Shown here piece after piece: positions 1-14,257 of a DNA stretch of 64,000 bases. The notes beneath the pieces are model-generated. The model was not told the DNA's origin, did no database searches, and was given only the letters and a program-made list of their open reading frames with translations. A program made the translations under genes and the position numbers. Position 1 is the first letter of the stretch; the number at the start of each line of letters is the position of its first letter. Origin of the DNA: Cycas panzhihuaensis (lineage: Eukaryota; Plantae; Cycadophyta); the NCBI GenBank assembly GCA_023213395.1, contig CM041465.1, positions 242,489,741-242,553,740 of the forward strand, read 5' to 3'.

Positions 1-845
1 CCTTAGATTCGACCATATTCATTATTATATGATCCTAAACTTTGTCAAAAATGGTAGATTCTAAATATCTATATGTTATTTTATATTATTTTTGTAAAAT
101 CAAAAAATTTAAATTATATTCAATAATATTTTAGGTCCATTAGCCCCTTAGCTATATCAACAAGTGGTTTTATATAGTTTGCAAGTGACTAGAGGATACT
201 TTCTGAAGGGGCTTAAGCCCATCCTTCTCAAGGTTTTCTCATAACAGAGTACCTACCACAATTCTTATAACAACTTTACAACCAAGAGTCCATTTTTTAA
301 AATATTTAGACTATCAAAAAGAGGATTTAGAGGACTATCTTAGAATTAGATTGATCCTATCTTATAGTCGTTATAGGCTACCAAAGTTAAGCTTGGTATT
401 TGACCCTCTTTAAGCCCTTTTCTCTCTTTTTAAATGCCAATTTCTATTTTTTAGAAATTCTTTTATTATTTCATATTATTGTTAACCTTTAGTCAACTAT
501 TTGAATCTAGTTTTTAGGCTAACAAAGTGCTTAGTATTGGTTTTTTATAGGTGTTACTCTTAGAAGATTGAAGTGGCTCTCTCTTATGCAAGCCCACTTA
601 AAGAGCACTATAAATCTTTCTTTATCCTTTTATTTATTTTATTTCCATCTTATATTTTAGTTATTTTTCTAAAACTTAACCTTTATTTGTAATAACTTAC
701 ATCATAAAATTAATGTTGTCACATTAGAAAAGATGACTCCTAAATTAGTCACCCTTTATTCTAGTATCATAAGGGGAACAATTAGGATCCTTAAAGTTAC
801 CACCCCACACATGTCCTAAAGAGAAGAATGCAACTGCAGAATTAA

Positions 846-1214
846 TGTGATAACAGAACTCCAAACCATGTAAAGAATAAATAGCATAAACAAGCCAAGC
901 ACATAATAAAGAACATTGGGAGATTTAGGTCTAAGCATAGACCTTTTATTAATTTGAGTAATAACTAAAGAATTATAGAGATGAATAAATCCTAACTCTT
1001 CTCATCGACTCATCAAAAACTCATCCTACCTTTTTACATATGTTATTACATAAAAATATATAGACACAACATTATAAAATATTACCTTATAGTTTTATAA
1101 TACAATAAGCATAAACCATGGGTTGACAAAGACTCCCATAAGACATCCAAATTTTTTTCTTAGGGGCTCCTACCCCCAAACCCCCACCTAGTAAAATGTT
1201 CAGTATATCTAACA
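846..1214 (-). mobile_element. Probable isolated Copia-type LTR
   Basis: The reverse complement begins TGTTAGATAT and has a G-rich GGGGGTTTGGGGGTAGGAGCCCC block, like the start of the LTR at 29188 (TGTTAGATAT...GGGGGGCGGGAGCCCC). No TSD, PBS or PPT was found. Confidence 0.4.
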
Positions 1215-1654
1215 TACCCTTGGTCTACTCTAATTTTCTAAGGAAGCCATTGGTTATAAGGTGTAATAAGTGGTAGGATGAGGTGGAAAACTACCTATTG
1301 GAGTTTGGAGACTAAGCTAGACCTAAAGGGGGTGAGTGCCTCAGTTAATCAAGTTCTCACTACTAGATTTATCACTAGGTATAAGTCTAATATAGGTGGA
1401 TACATAAATTAAAAGGATCTTAGACCTTCATTGCAACCCATGTATTGAGGTATATAGAGCCTTAATCTTATATAATAGTATATAAGGTCCATAATTTTCC
1501 ACTTATGGGTAGGTCGCATTAGACAGAATAGTAACTAAGTACTTTTCTAGAGACCCTTTAAACTTAGAATTCTAGATTAGCAACCCCGTAGGTAGATTAG
1601 TACACAAGTACATAAACTTTAAAGATATAAAAAAAAAAAAACTTAGAAAAATAG

Positions 1655-4600
1655 TAGCAAAAATGTTACTTTCTAATACAATTAAATATAATGGCATTAA
1701 TAATTTCATCCCATATAAAAAATAAGTCATAAATCTGCTTATCAAGAATGATTTTTGGGCCTATGTTAATGGAAACATACTCCTACCTAGGCCAACACAA
1801 GACCCAATGATCTTACCATCATAATTATTCTTGATCCTATAGCCTTAGTAAACTTTAAAGCTAAGGATAATGTTACCTTGTCCTTCCTCTACTTAGCATT
1901 TAAATACCAAATGGACCAAAACATTGAAACAACCCAAACCTCTCATGAGGCATAGACCATTCTTTATGCCCTCCATGAGAGAAATGATGAATCTAGATCC
2001 TTAACCCTTAAAGCTCACCTATTTTCCATTTTTTTTATAGGCACTATTATAGCCCACTTAACTAAAGTAAAAACCAATATGAATCAATTGATAATACTAT
2101 GTGAACTACCTTCAAATCATGACTTAATATCTAGCATCCTAAATATTTTACCTATAGAATATAATAGTTTTATTTCAAAACTTCATGATAACTATTTAAA
2201 AATGGACTTTATTATCTTTGAGGGGCTCTTACTATGAAAAGAGAACATTCTTAATTGACTTAGGGTTATATCTACTTTTGACTCAACCCCTACCTTTGCA
2301 ACCCATAATTCAAAAAAAGATAAGATTATACAAAGGATAGCTCAGTAGCCTAATTAGCTCTAAAACCTTACTTAATAATTAGACTCTCTTAATATCTCTC
2401 AAGAGCCACATGAGTAGCCACAACAACTAGTTGCTACCTCCTCTAATCTAAGTCAATAGTATCAGTAGTCCTAATAATAAACATAATCTCAACCATAAAA
2501 AAAACTAGCAGAGTAGGTCAAATATCACATGTCTTTACTGTGGAAAAACTGGTCACCTCGTTGTTAAATGTAGGAGATGTCAAGTTGATTTGTAAATATT
2601 ACAAAATTAAGGGAGCCAATCCTATGGGCCTAACTTCTAATAAGTTGCTCTATATTATCCACTTGTAACCCTATTTTATTAATAGGGAGCACCCTCTTAT
2701 CAATAAGGTGGTCCATGCTACCCATAACAAAGATAAGACTATCAATAAGGAGGACCATAACCTCCTTAAGGAGGCCCTTATCCACAATATGGATGCCCTA
2801 TTTTACATTATTGGGCCCCCTGTTTCCATCAAGATAGCCCTATTTCATAATAAGGAGGCCTTTACTATCCACAAGGAGGGCCATCATTTCAATCATAAGG
2901 TCAATTCTACTAATAAAATTGGAATACAAAACCTACTCAGAGCCAAAGACTACAGAATAGGTAGTAGTTCCCCAATAAGAATAAAAGGAACTAGTAAAAT
3001 ATTCAACAACAATGAGGTAATGGGGCAGACAACTAGGATTCCTCCTCCTATAACCTATTCTTTATAGCTCTATCTTCTCAACTTGATGATAATTCTTGGC
3101 TCCTTGACTCAGGTGAAACTAGACATATGACTGTCTCAGAAAAGATGTTGAAAGAGACCTACCTAATAAGTGTCCAAACAATCACATTCGGTGATACTTT
3201 GACATATGATATGACCAAAATTGGTATGGCTCTAATAGGCTTAAAAGATTCCAATATCAGGCACCATATCAACAATGTGTTCCTTGTACTAGAAATGAAA
3301 ATGAAGTTGCTCTCCATAAGTTAAATAGATAAGTAGAATCTACATGTCCTCTTCAATTAGGGCATATATACAATCATAGATCATGCAACTAGAAAACTTG
3401 TGGCCATAATACATAAAGATAGTGGTTTATATAAGTTGGATGGTATTCCTCTTACCACTACTCAACCAAAAGAATCATGTTCAGTGGCCCATATAGCTAA
3501 ACTTAATAAGGGAAAGATGTAATTATTGAATAATTCCCTTATATCTAAAAACTAAGAGAATGATCTCATATAAAGGAAAATGTCACTCCAAATACCTCTA
3601 AAGACTAATTATGTCATCAATGCCTAGGTCACTTAAAAGTATAAAGCTTAAACATAATGTTTAGGCTTCAGATATTATATGGTTTACCTAAAATCAAGAG
3701 ATATAGTAGCATATGCCTAAAGGGAAAGCAACTAAGAGAAAAATTCCCTTCTAAGAATGCATGGAGAGCCTTAACACCACTATAGTTGGTCCACGTAGGC
3801 ATCTATGGACCCATGTCCATCCAATCACTCAATGAGAGCCTATATTTCATGACCTTTATACATAACTTCTCAAAGAAAATATAGATCTACTTCCTAAGAA
3901 ACAAGTACCAAGCACTAGATAAATTCAAAGAGTTCAAGGATACATTTAAAAATGAGAGTGGTATGATAATTAAAACCCTCAAATTAAATAATGGTCATGA
4001 GTATTTCTCCAAGCAATTTAATAGCTTTTGCAAAGAACATGGAATCTAATGCTAATTTTCAACACCTCAAATACCACAGCAAAATGATGCAGCTGAAAGG
4101 ATGAACTAGACACTAGTGAACAAAGGAAAAGCTATGCTTAGTGTTGCTAATCTTACCACTAGATTTTAGGCCAATGTAATTGCCATAACTGCATACCTAA
4201 CTAATATAAGTCCTATAATTATGGTTAGAAACATCACTCTTAAGTAAGCTTGATTAGGACAGAAACCAACTATTATACATTTGAAGATTTTTAGATGGAC
4301 AGCATATAAACTTATTCTAGAGGAAAATAGAAAAAAGCTTAATGATAAGAGCCTAAAATACATCTTCCTTGGCTATATACCTAGTTGCAAAGTCTATAAA
4401 GTATTTGACACTATTGGGGACCAAGCCTACATAACACAGGATGTAATATTTGTAGAAGACACATATGACCTAACTCCATCCTAAACTCAGTTTATAGTAC
4501 TAGATGAAGTTGGGACACCTCAAGTGACTCTTAGATAAATTCTAGAGTCACTAGTGCTAGCCTCCTCCTATACTCTAGGTCCTTCATCAATTCTAGTAGC

Positions 4601-4785
4601 CTCTACTTCAATAATATAAGTAAGCACAACCTTGCCACCTACTTTAGTTGATAACCTTTAGGTGGAAGCCACTAACATCCATCCATCTCCTAAGTGGATT
4701 AAAGGATGCTCCTCCTCCTCCCACAACTACCAAAAGGCACTAAAAAATGAGACACTCCATAAATTTTGCCTTAATGGCATGTATC
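1655..4785 (+). pseudogene. Copia gag-protease-integrase remnant
   Basis: Gag N-terminus (LLIKNDFWAYVNG, about 1735), CCHC knuckle TCLYCGKTGHLVVKC (2527-2571), protease SWLLDSGETRHMT (about 3095), integrase LVHVGIYGP (about 3786) and TPQIPQQNDAAERMN (about 4062), SH3-like RKKLNDKSLKYIFLGY (ORF 4281). Many stops. Confidence 0.9.
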
Positions 4786-7426
4786 TATAAGCACACCTCT
4801 GGGGGTCACTAGATACGAAGAGATCAAGCTAATATAATCAATAATCTCATGGCTAAAGGATTTATGAAGGTGAGGGAAATGATTACCCATAAAGGGAGTC
4901 CATGCATCAAAATGCAGGTTCAAGGACCCACAAATGGTGCACAAAATTCCCCTCAAGGCAAACACCTTCTTAATTCGGGATGGGCAAGAAAGGGACTTTC
5001 TCAGTTTTTTGACTAGCCTCAGAAAGGATCCTCCTACCCTAAATGGCCAAGGAAGGAGGATATAGATGAGACACATCCTTCCTAAAGAGAGGGAATGAAT
5101 GAGGTATGTTCTAACCAAAGGATAAGGCACGTACGAGCAAGCAATGGGTGATTGGTAGTGTGGATGACAGGGGGAAGTTGGGCTACAAAGGTCCAACTTC
5201 TAGATGGAGGTAAGGCAAAGTAAGGCCTTACCAAAGAGGAGAAGAAGACCTTAATGGGGAGTGCCCCTAAGGTGCCTACACCCGAAACAAATAGCTAGGT
5301 GTAGGGGACGAAGCAATGCATTTTTGTTTCTTTATTTTTTTGTTATATAGAAGGTGGGGTGATGTTATGAGTTGTCATTGTTTATGTTTCATATCCAAGT
5401 AAGAAAAAAAATAAACAAACCAATAACTCTCTCTCTCTTCCTAAATCCTAGCCTCTCTCTCCTTATCTTTTATAAGTGTAAATGGAAACAAGTAGGCAGG
5501 AAGCATAAGAAAGGATACAAGTGCTAATTCAAGTCAACCTAATGGCATGCGGGAAGAAGATAGGATGTGGGTAGGAGAGCTTACAATCTATCACACTCAA
5601 ACCCTAGTAAAGGTGAGAGTTTCAGTCAAGGGAGAAGGAAAAAATATGCAAATAGTGAAAAACAACACCTACTTGTGCAAAAAAATTATCCTTCCCCTAT
5701 ATGACCAGATAAATCAAGTAATAAGCAATGAAATATAAAACTATCCTTTCTTTTAATCTTTCCTTTTCTTGTTTTGGGAGTAAAAGGGGGAAAAAGGGAT
5801 GAGCGAGAGGATAGGACGGAAGTAGTGCACCTAGAAACTGGGTAGTTAGTGTTGAGGCCTCTTCACTTTCTTCATGATCCACACTTGTCCACTCGACGCA
5901 CCTTATCACAAGCGATGTGATGCACCGATGGGGCTTCCTTACCTTCCCCAATATCTTAATACTAAATAACTAAAGGAAAAGAAAGAATTGCCTATATTGA
6001 AATTCTAAAATAATGTAATAATAATGAGGGAGGTATGTGCACCTTTTGTGAAGATCCTTGGTTGCTCTAAAAGGGGCGAAACCTACACCATAAATACAAT
6101 ACCCTTTCCCAAGGGGTACTAGGCATGTGTGGGAGTAATTGTATATGCATATGCTTATCCAAGAAAGAAAAATGAAGGGAAAGAACCTCATGTAAATATC
6201 TCCAAATAAGCAATATGTGTAACATTAGTTTTACTTATTATGTAAGCAAAATACTCCAATGATCACAGGAAAGTGGGGTGAAAGGAAGAGAGATAGATAG
6301 CCTCAGAATGGCTAACCCTCCTAATGGGATGTCTCCATATCTGCAAGCACTCAGGAAAGTAAATTAAGTTAGAATCTAAGTTTTTCCAATGGCAAGAGAG
6401 CAACAAACTTTGTTTCCAAAAAAGTTGCAAAGGAATGTAAAAGTTACAAAAGTTCCAATGAGCAACTTTTGCAAGAGTTTACAAAGATAAGACTCAAACA
6501 ATATAAATGCCTAGAAGCGATTACTAAAAATTAGATATTATGGGGCTATGATGGTTAGTTATAGGCATAGTAAGGTGTTGCTAATACTACAATCAATAAG
6601 GTTCCCTACCTCAAACGTTTTCAGGTGAACATAGGAGGTATTTGGAGAAGAAAAGGAGCGGAGAGTATGGGGGTACCCTTAAGGAGATGGAAAAAGTGTA
6701 TGGAACCCTACCTGAATCTCCTTTCTCTCTTCGTTGGTCACTTTTCTCTCCACCTCCTTGAATGGACCCAAGAGAAACTTCAAGGTGGAATGAGACAAGC
6801 TAGTGAAGGGGAGGGTTTGCCTCCTAGAGTGAAGAAATGAAAGGTAACTTCACATAACAAATGGAAAAAATAAGTAAATGAACCTTTATTCTTAAGGAGA
6901 AGAGGAAAGTGTAGGCCTGTAAGTACCTAGTAAGAGTAGATCTAAGGCAGATCTACCTGGTATGTTGGCTGGAGAAGAGGTTCTCTTGGAGGACTAGTGA
7001 AGGGCTCCTACAATGGCACAAAGATGGAGCATAACCTGTGACAAACTTGGTGCTTGAGGCTTGGTGGAACCCTTGTGGAGAATATCTATCCTAAAACTTG
7101 CTACTGTAGACCTATAACTTAGGGTTTTACCCTAAGGAAGATTATGGCAAGAGTGGAGGATAGGTACAACATGTGAGAACCTTCATTTTAAAATTTTTCC
7201 TTAGAGATGAGGAGGAAGAAGATCTAAGAAGAGAGGGAATGGGGTAAATTTTAGGTTCTTAAACCTAACCCTAGTTCAAGAGGCAATTAAGGATCACCCT
7301 GGATAGGAAACAACCCAGTGCTATGTGTCAATTTTGCATTTAGTGAAAAATTAGTCGTGGCTAGATAAAAAAAAAAAATTGAATAGTCACACCATGATAG
7401 ACTTTATGGTACCATAAAGTTTATAG
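4786..7426 (-). repeat. Tat-1 3' LTR (inner end deleted)
   Basis: Colinear with 19893-22536 (for example ORFs 6625 and 21735 are the same sequence). After about 7426 it jumps straight to internal sequence that follows the PPT in Tat-3. Confidence 0.88.
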
Positions 7427-7929
7427 ATCCTTGCTACTTGGAAGCATGGTGTGATGGTGAATGCTAGCAACACAGAGGTTAGTATCATGCATCAAAGTAT
7501 AATGATGTTGTCATGTAAGGGTAGTGGCAAGTGTTGTGGTAAAATGTGTGGACAAGTTGAAGGGAGGGGAAGCATAGGGGTTGCCTATGCATCGCCTTAA
7601 AATCTAATGAGAGAGAAGGTGGATGATGGGGAGGCCCCTATCACACCTATTTAAGGTGAAAGATGTTGTCAATCATGAGAATGATCAACCAAATAATATA
7701 GATGAGTACTATGCATATATGGATATTAGAATGTAGGGACTTCGTACCACGGATGGTATGAAGGACAAAGGTTAAAAACAAACCTGGTGATCACCATAGT
7801 TTAGCCTCATCAGTGGCTAGCCCTCAAAGATATAAATGGGTCATAGAATGAAGGATGAGATGATCCGAGAACCTGGGTGATTGGGCAACTTGATAGGTTC
7901 CTAGGGAGGATCATCAAGGAGGGGGGGAC

Positions 7930-8323
7930 GATGCTCAAGGATATGATGGACAAGGCCATATGCCTCAATGTTTAGGTCTCGAGGAATATGTTAAACGTCC
8001 ACAAAGGAGAAACGAGACATAAGGGACTTGGCAGTCAAAGCGAGAGCTCTTAAACATAGGCAGAATACTTGATAAACCTCAATAAGCTATGACATGACAA
8101 TCTGAGAGTTGCAAAGAAGGATGATGGGACTGTGGTGGAAATGAAGCGCATCAGCAAGGGCCTCAATAACAACTATGTACTCATCTTCATTATTGGTGGC
8201 CTTGAGGAGAAAGACTCTGAAATGTATATAGTCATATCCAGAGAGGTCACATAGGATCCACATAGTGGCAGAAGGTCCTAGATTACCACGACTTTCTCTG
8301 TCGATGAAGATGAACAATACCAT
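7930..8323 (-). pseudogene. Stand-alone archaeal-type RNase HI (aRH) of Tat-1
   Basis: MVLFIFIDRESRGNLGPSAT...TNNEDEY...IILLCNSQIVMS*LIEVYQV...HIPRDLNIEA matches the aRH motifs DGxSRGNPG / TNNxAEY / DS / HIPRxxN. Confidence 0.85.
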
Positions 8324-8887
8324 AGCGAAGGAATGAGGATTTTCTATCAATTAGTAGAAGAAAAAGCGATGGCAGGGTTAATAGACAGAGAGAATAGAGG
8401 AGAGGTAGCGACAGAGCTACAAATCACTCAAAAGGTTGTGAATATAGGTCATGAAGGACAAGAGAGTCCTGGAGAGAGGCTACCCAGGGACGAGGAAACT
8501 GACTCGATGAAGAGGTATGGGAACGGTGGCGAAAAAGACCCCTTTGTGGCTCTAAAGGTTGCTAAAATGACCAAGGTGAGGCCTAAAGAAGGGGGGTGCT
8601 TTCTTTGGAAGCCCCAAAGGCTCAAACGGGTAGTAAGAATGGATCTAGACTGGAAAAACAAGTCAAAAGAATATAAACATGGGTATGTTTTAGAGTAGTG
8701 CAAAAAATAAGACAAAAGGGGTCTACAGGAGACTAAAGGGGTCATTATAAATGCGTCAAAAGAGCTCGAAACAGAAGCCACGGAGGTGGAACAAGAGACG
8801 GACCTGGAAGACAAAGGTAATGAGGCTAGGGAAATGGTCATGAGGGTTGTCCTAATAAAGAAAAAGGAGAAAGTGTCCCTCGTAGCC

Positions 8888-8903
8888 CCTTTATATATAA
8901 AGG
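8888..8903. promoter_or_regulatory. Palindromic TATA element CCTTTATATATAAAGG between the divergent aRH and PMD genes
   Basis: Perfect 16-bp palindrome, followed on the minus strand by a pyrimidine-rich leader. The equivalent position in Tat-3 has CTATATAAGG (60230). Function is inferred. Confidence 0.4.
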
Positions 8904-10500
8904 AAGGAGTGTGAAAACAAGATTCATTTTCATAGGCTTGCGATTGATCTAGAGCCCTTCCTTCTATGCAGTAGAGCCCTACCCAACTTTAAAGACACAT
9001 AAAAAGAGATCTAACCATTGAATCAAGGTAAGGAGATAGCTGACATAGTTTAAATGACAAGATAGTGGTGGTGAGGTTAGATCCAGTAAGTGGATCATCC
9101 CCTACCTACTTCATTTCGTCATTCACATTTGGTTGTTTTTTGAGCTTTTTAGAGCTTGTTTTTAGTCCCTTAAGAGAAATTTGGGACACTTTGAAGCCTG
9201 AATGAGGTCTAGAGAGGGGGAGAACTAGGGTGTTAAGTAGCCCTGGTCCTAGAGTGCTAAGCCTTGGCCCACTTAGATAAAAATTTGGGGTTTTTTGGGC
9301 ATCCCCACCCCCTCCCCCCTTTTATGGGGGGAAACAATAGCCCCATGACAAAGATCATGGTGCCGTAGAGTTTGCCATGGGGCTGTTGAGGGGATGTGAC
9401 AATCTTAGTGAGGCCCGTATCAAACTCCATGGTACTACAGAGTTTGATATAGAGCAGAGAGAAAATAGAGGGAAAAGAAAAGAAAAAGAGGCTCGAAAGG
9501 ATGGCTAGCTCATCCAAGTAGAGCATGAGGTAATCTAAGGGTAGTTAGACATGGTATAAGTAGTATTTAGATTGATTCTTGGGTGGTTTTATAGGTATTT
9601 CTTATGGTGGATAATCGTGAGAACATAGGAGTCATGATGATGAACTTCATCAAGATGATGTCATGGGGAGACAGGTAGATATTGAGACGTTATGGGCTCT
9701 TGAAGATTATCAAGATGTCCCAATATGCATCAAACTAGTATCTCCTAGTGCATATAGTCTCCCACTAAGATCATAGGTGACATCTTTTCCACCTCCCCCA
9801 GGTAGGAGACGTGACTACCACACTAGGGGACATCAGGAGGATTCTAGGGTGCTAGCAGGAGGAGCGCCAGTATCGTTTGGTACATTACCCAACATAGATA
9901 CCACACACACAGAGGTGCCCACATATTTCATGGGTTAGGGTAGCTAGAACTGATGAGGGGTGTCAGTGTAGATTATGGTGATGTTTAGGATTCCTCAAGT
10001 GAGGAACCTTATCACATTAGGCATTCTATTCTAGATCTCCTAGAAATAGAATTACAGGGACATTCTAAGTGGGTGGATAGCCATAATGAAGAGATGTGAG
10101 ATGAGAGAGAGGTTGGATTGGGCTGCCTTGATAGCGACAAACATGGTAGCATAGTTAGACCTGATCTGAGTGGTAGGGAGAGGTAGTTTTTCATATTACA
10201 CTCTATTACAGTGTTGGTTTTTTTACCATTTTAGGGCATTAGCACCAGTTGGAGGGCCTTATCCTGTTAGCACGAGCACCCATGGTGCACACGTGGTAGA
10301 CTCGATTCAGGGGAACCGAGGATCAGGTTCATGTATGGAGATTAGTGGAGGCGGTGTTGCTAGACCTCCTCACCCTAGCAAACTATATAGTAGACCCATA
10401 TAGAGGGGTGCATTGGGATAGTGACAACATGGTGGGAGAGTTGGAAGATGACCCAGACAAGGGTGGAGGCAACGATAGAGGCGATAGGGTAGACTGTCAT

Positions 10501-10604
10501 GAGTCACAGGAGGAGAGTCGGGTCCCTTAAGAGCTGGAGGAGGAGAGGTAGGTCCTTCAAGAGTTACAAGAGGAGAGGCAGGTCCTTTAAGAGTTGCAAG
10601 AGGG
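10501..10604 (+). repeat. 30-bp coding tandem repeat (GGEAGPSRVT-like) x3.5
   Basis: GAGTCACAGGAGGAGAGTCGGGTCCCTTAA-type units. A homologous GPS-repeat peptide is in ORF 61643. Confidence 0.8.
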
Positions 10605-10941
10605 AATAGGCCACCTCACACACTAGCACAGAGAGAGAAAGTACTAGGTAAAGCTCCGGTGGAAGCAGTGGCAATGGTAGCAGTAGAAGAGGTGGTGATA
10701 GTTGCGACAAATAGAGGAGAGGAGGTAAGAGAGGCTCTAGTGACCCAGGATGCAGGAGAGGTAGTACTAGAGGCCGAGGAGTGTAGTCTAGCAGTTGATA
10801 GAGATCATATAGAGGAGCTGGTTATTAGAGAAGAGGATCCAGCCATCCTAGGAGGTGAGACACTACCCCTACTCGACATCTTTTAACTACTAGCTACCTA
10901 GATAGCTTACTTTGATTTGATTTAGAGGTTTTGATACTTTG

Positions 10942-12039
<1,098 letters not shown>

Positions 12040-12464
12040 GTTGGACTAACATATAATGCATGTGTGGTTTGGTAGGAGCAATGGAGATGAGGAGGTTAGT
12101 GGAGGTAGTAGTCCAGGAGTTATTCCTCCATATCTATCACACACTAGCACAGAGAGAGAGAGTACTAGGTAAAGCTCCTATGGAAGCAGTGGCAATAGTA
12201 GCAGTAAAAGAGGTGGTGATAGTTGCGACAAATAGAGGAGAGGAGGTAAGAGGGGCTCTGGTGACCCTGGACGTAGGAGAGGTAGTACTAGAGGCTGAGG
12301 AGTGTAGTCTAGCAGTTGATAGAGATCATATAGAGGAGGTGGTTATTAGAGAAGAGGATCCAGCCATCCTAGGAGGTGAGACACTACCCCTACTCGACAT
12401 CTTTTAACTACTAGCTACCTAGATAGCTTACTTTGATTTGATTTAGAGGTTTTGATACTTTGAC

Positions 12465-12507
12465 ATATATATATATATATACATATATGTATATATATAT
12501 ACATGTA

Positions 12508-12538
<31 letters not shown>

Positions 12539-12690
12539 ATATATATGTATATATGTATATATATATGTATATATGTATATATATGTATATATGTATATAT
12601 ATATGTATATATGTATATATATATGTATATATGTATATATATATGTATATATGTATATATATATGTATATATATATATATATATATCTAC

Positions 12691-12782
<92 letters not shown>

Positions 12783-12800
12783 GTATGTATATATATATAT
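12465..12800. repeat. Imperfect (TA)n microsatellite, about 340 bp
   Basis: Direct reading; periodic ATGT interruptions. Confidence 0.98.
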
Positions 12801-14257
12801 GTTGGACTAACATATAATGCATGTGTGGTTTGGTAGGAGCAATGGAGATGAGGAGGTTAGTGGAGGTAGTAGTCCAGGAGTTATTCCCCCATATCTATAT
12901 GGAGGGACAACCTTCCATCCAGGATGTAGAGGAGTCTCAGTTAGTAGGGGCACACATGATGACATTTTTCCCATTGACCAAAGCCAGAGATATGTAGACA
13001 ATAGAGTCCTAGGGATACCAGGTGAGGGTAGGATAGCTACAGGGAGAGTTAGATGGACTCTACATAGAGAGGGACTAGGTAGTCATAGAGAGGGATATCC
13101 TATAAGGCTGAGTCTAGGTGCTAGAGGCCCAGGGAGGAGGAGCAGCAATTGGAGACACAGAGAGATGCATCAGTATTACTATACTAAAGGAGGGACTCCA
13201 GAGAGTAGAGGGGGAGAGAGATCGTATCTAGGCATGATATGATCAGCTGGTAGAGTAGGTTGCCACCAAGTCATTGTAGAGCAGGACTCATATCGATATG
13301 ATAATGCTAACCTAGAGAAGGCCTTACAACGAGGGAAGAGAGATAGGGAGCTCATAGCGAGGCAAGAGGAGCCTAGGAGCCATGTGGTCTCCTGACAAGG
13401 GGTCTCGTAAATAAGGAGATGACACCCCTTGAGGGTAGGGCATCAAGGAGCTAGATGCATTATTAGTTTTGAGCAGGAATGCATTGGACCTCTAGGGAGT
13501 CACACCATATATAGATATATAATTGTACTCCTCCTTGCAAGGATTCCAGCTTCCTAAGGATGATGTATTATATGGGTTTGTATGATATGATTCATTGTAT
13601 ATATAGACAGGGGCTAATTGGTATCCCATTTAACCCATGATGATGGTATGGTAATGGTTTTGTGGTATTGCTTTATTATTCATTTATTTATTTGCTTATG
13701 CATATGCATAGAGAGGTAGATGCATAGAGATATGGGTGCACGGGTGCATGAGGGACTATGCACTATGATGGTTGTAGTCAATTGTTATATATGGATTTTG
13801 TTATTAGATCATGTGGATGATACTCACATCTCCCTTCATGCAACATCACACTCGTAGTAGGCACACATGACCACCATGTGTGTAGGTGATAGGTACGTAT
13901 GAGGGTAGGAGAGGGAGAGCCATACATGTCCATCAAAGGAGCATAACATATATGCAAAGGAAATAATGATAAAGAGGGAGTATAGATACTCAAGCAGAAG
14001 GCCCTAGTTTAGGTGTGATTTTGAGCTCAGGAGCATCAAAAGTTTACACACCCAAATAGGAGGAGAGGTTTCCCTCGAGAGGGAAATGAAAAAGATGCAA
14101 TACAAATGATGAAACTATAAATATAAGAGTCCACCTTAAGCTACCATTATACCTGTGATTAGGAGGAATGGGGACATACTTAGGGCGGTAGTTTAGGCTC
14201 ATTTCAGAGTGAGAAAAGAAAAAGGGGTGTGCCTAATCTACTTGGGAGTAAGGAAGG

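Noticed and set aside
758-772. CTAGTATCAT as a possible Copia-1 PBS
   Set aside because: The upstream sequence does not match the 3' LTR at 24658-25011.
2708-3067. 119-aa ORF
   Set aside because: At least its first part is off-frame relative to the Copia gag QGGP repeat; no independent evidence for a gene.
6625-6840. ORF duplicated at 21735-21950
   Set aside because: The duplication just reflects the two LTRs; no domain recognised.
8333-8698. Plus-strand ORFs opposite aRH and its leader (also 59241-59594)
   Set aside because: Antisense shadows with no motifs; not conserved as proteins between Tat-1 and Tat-3.
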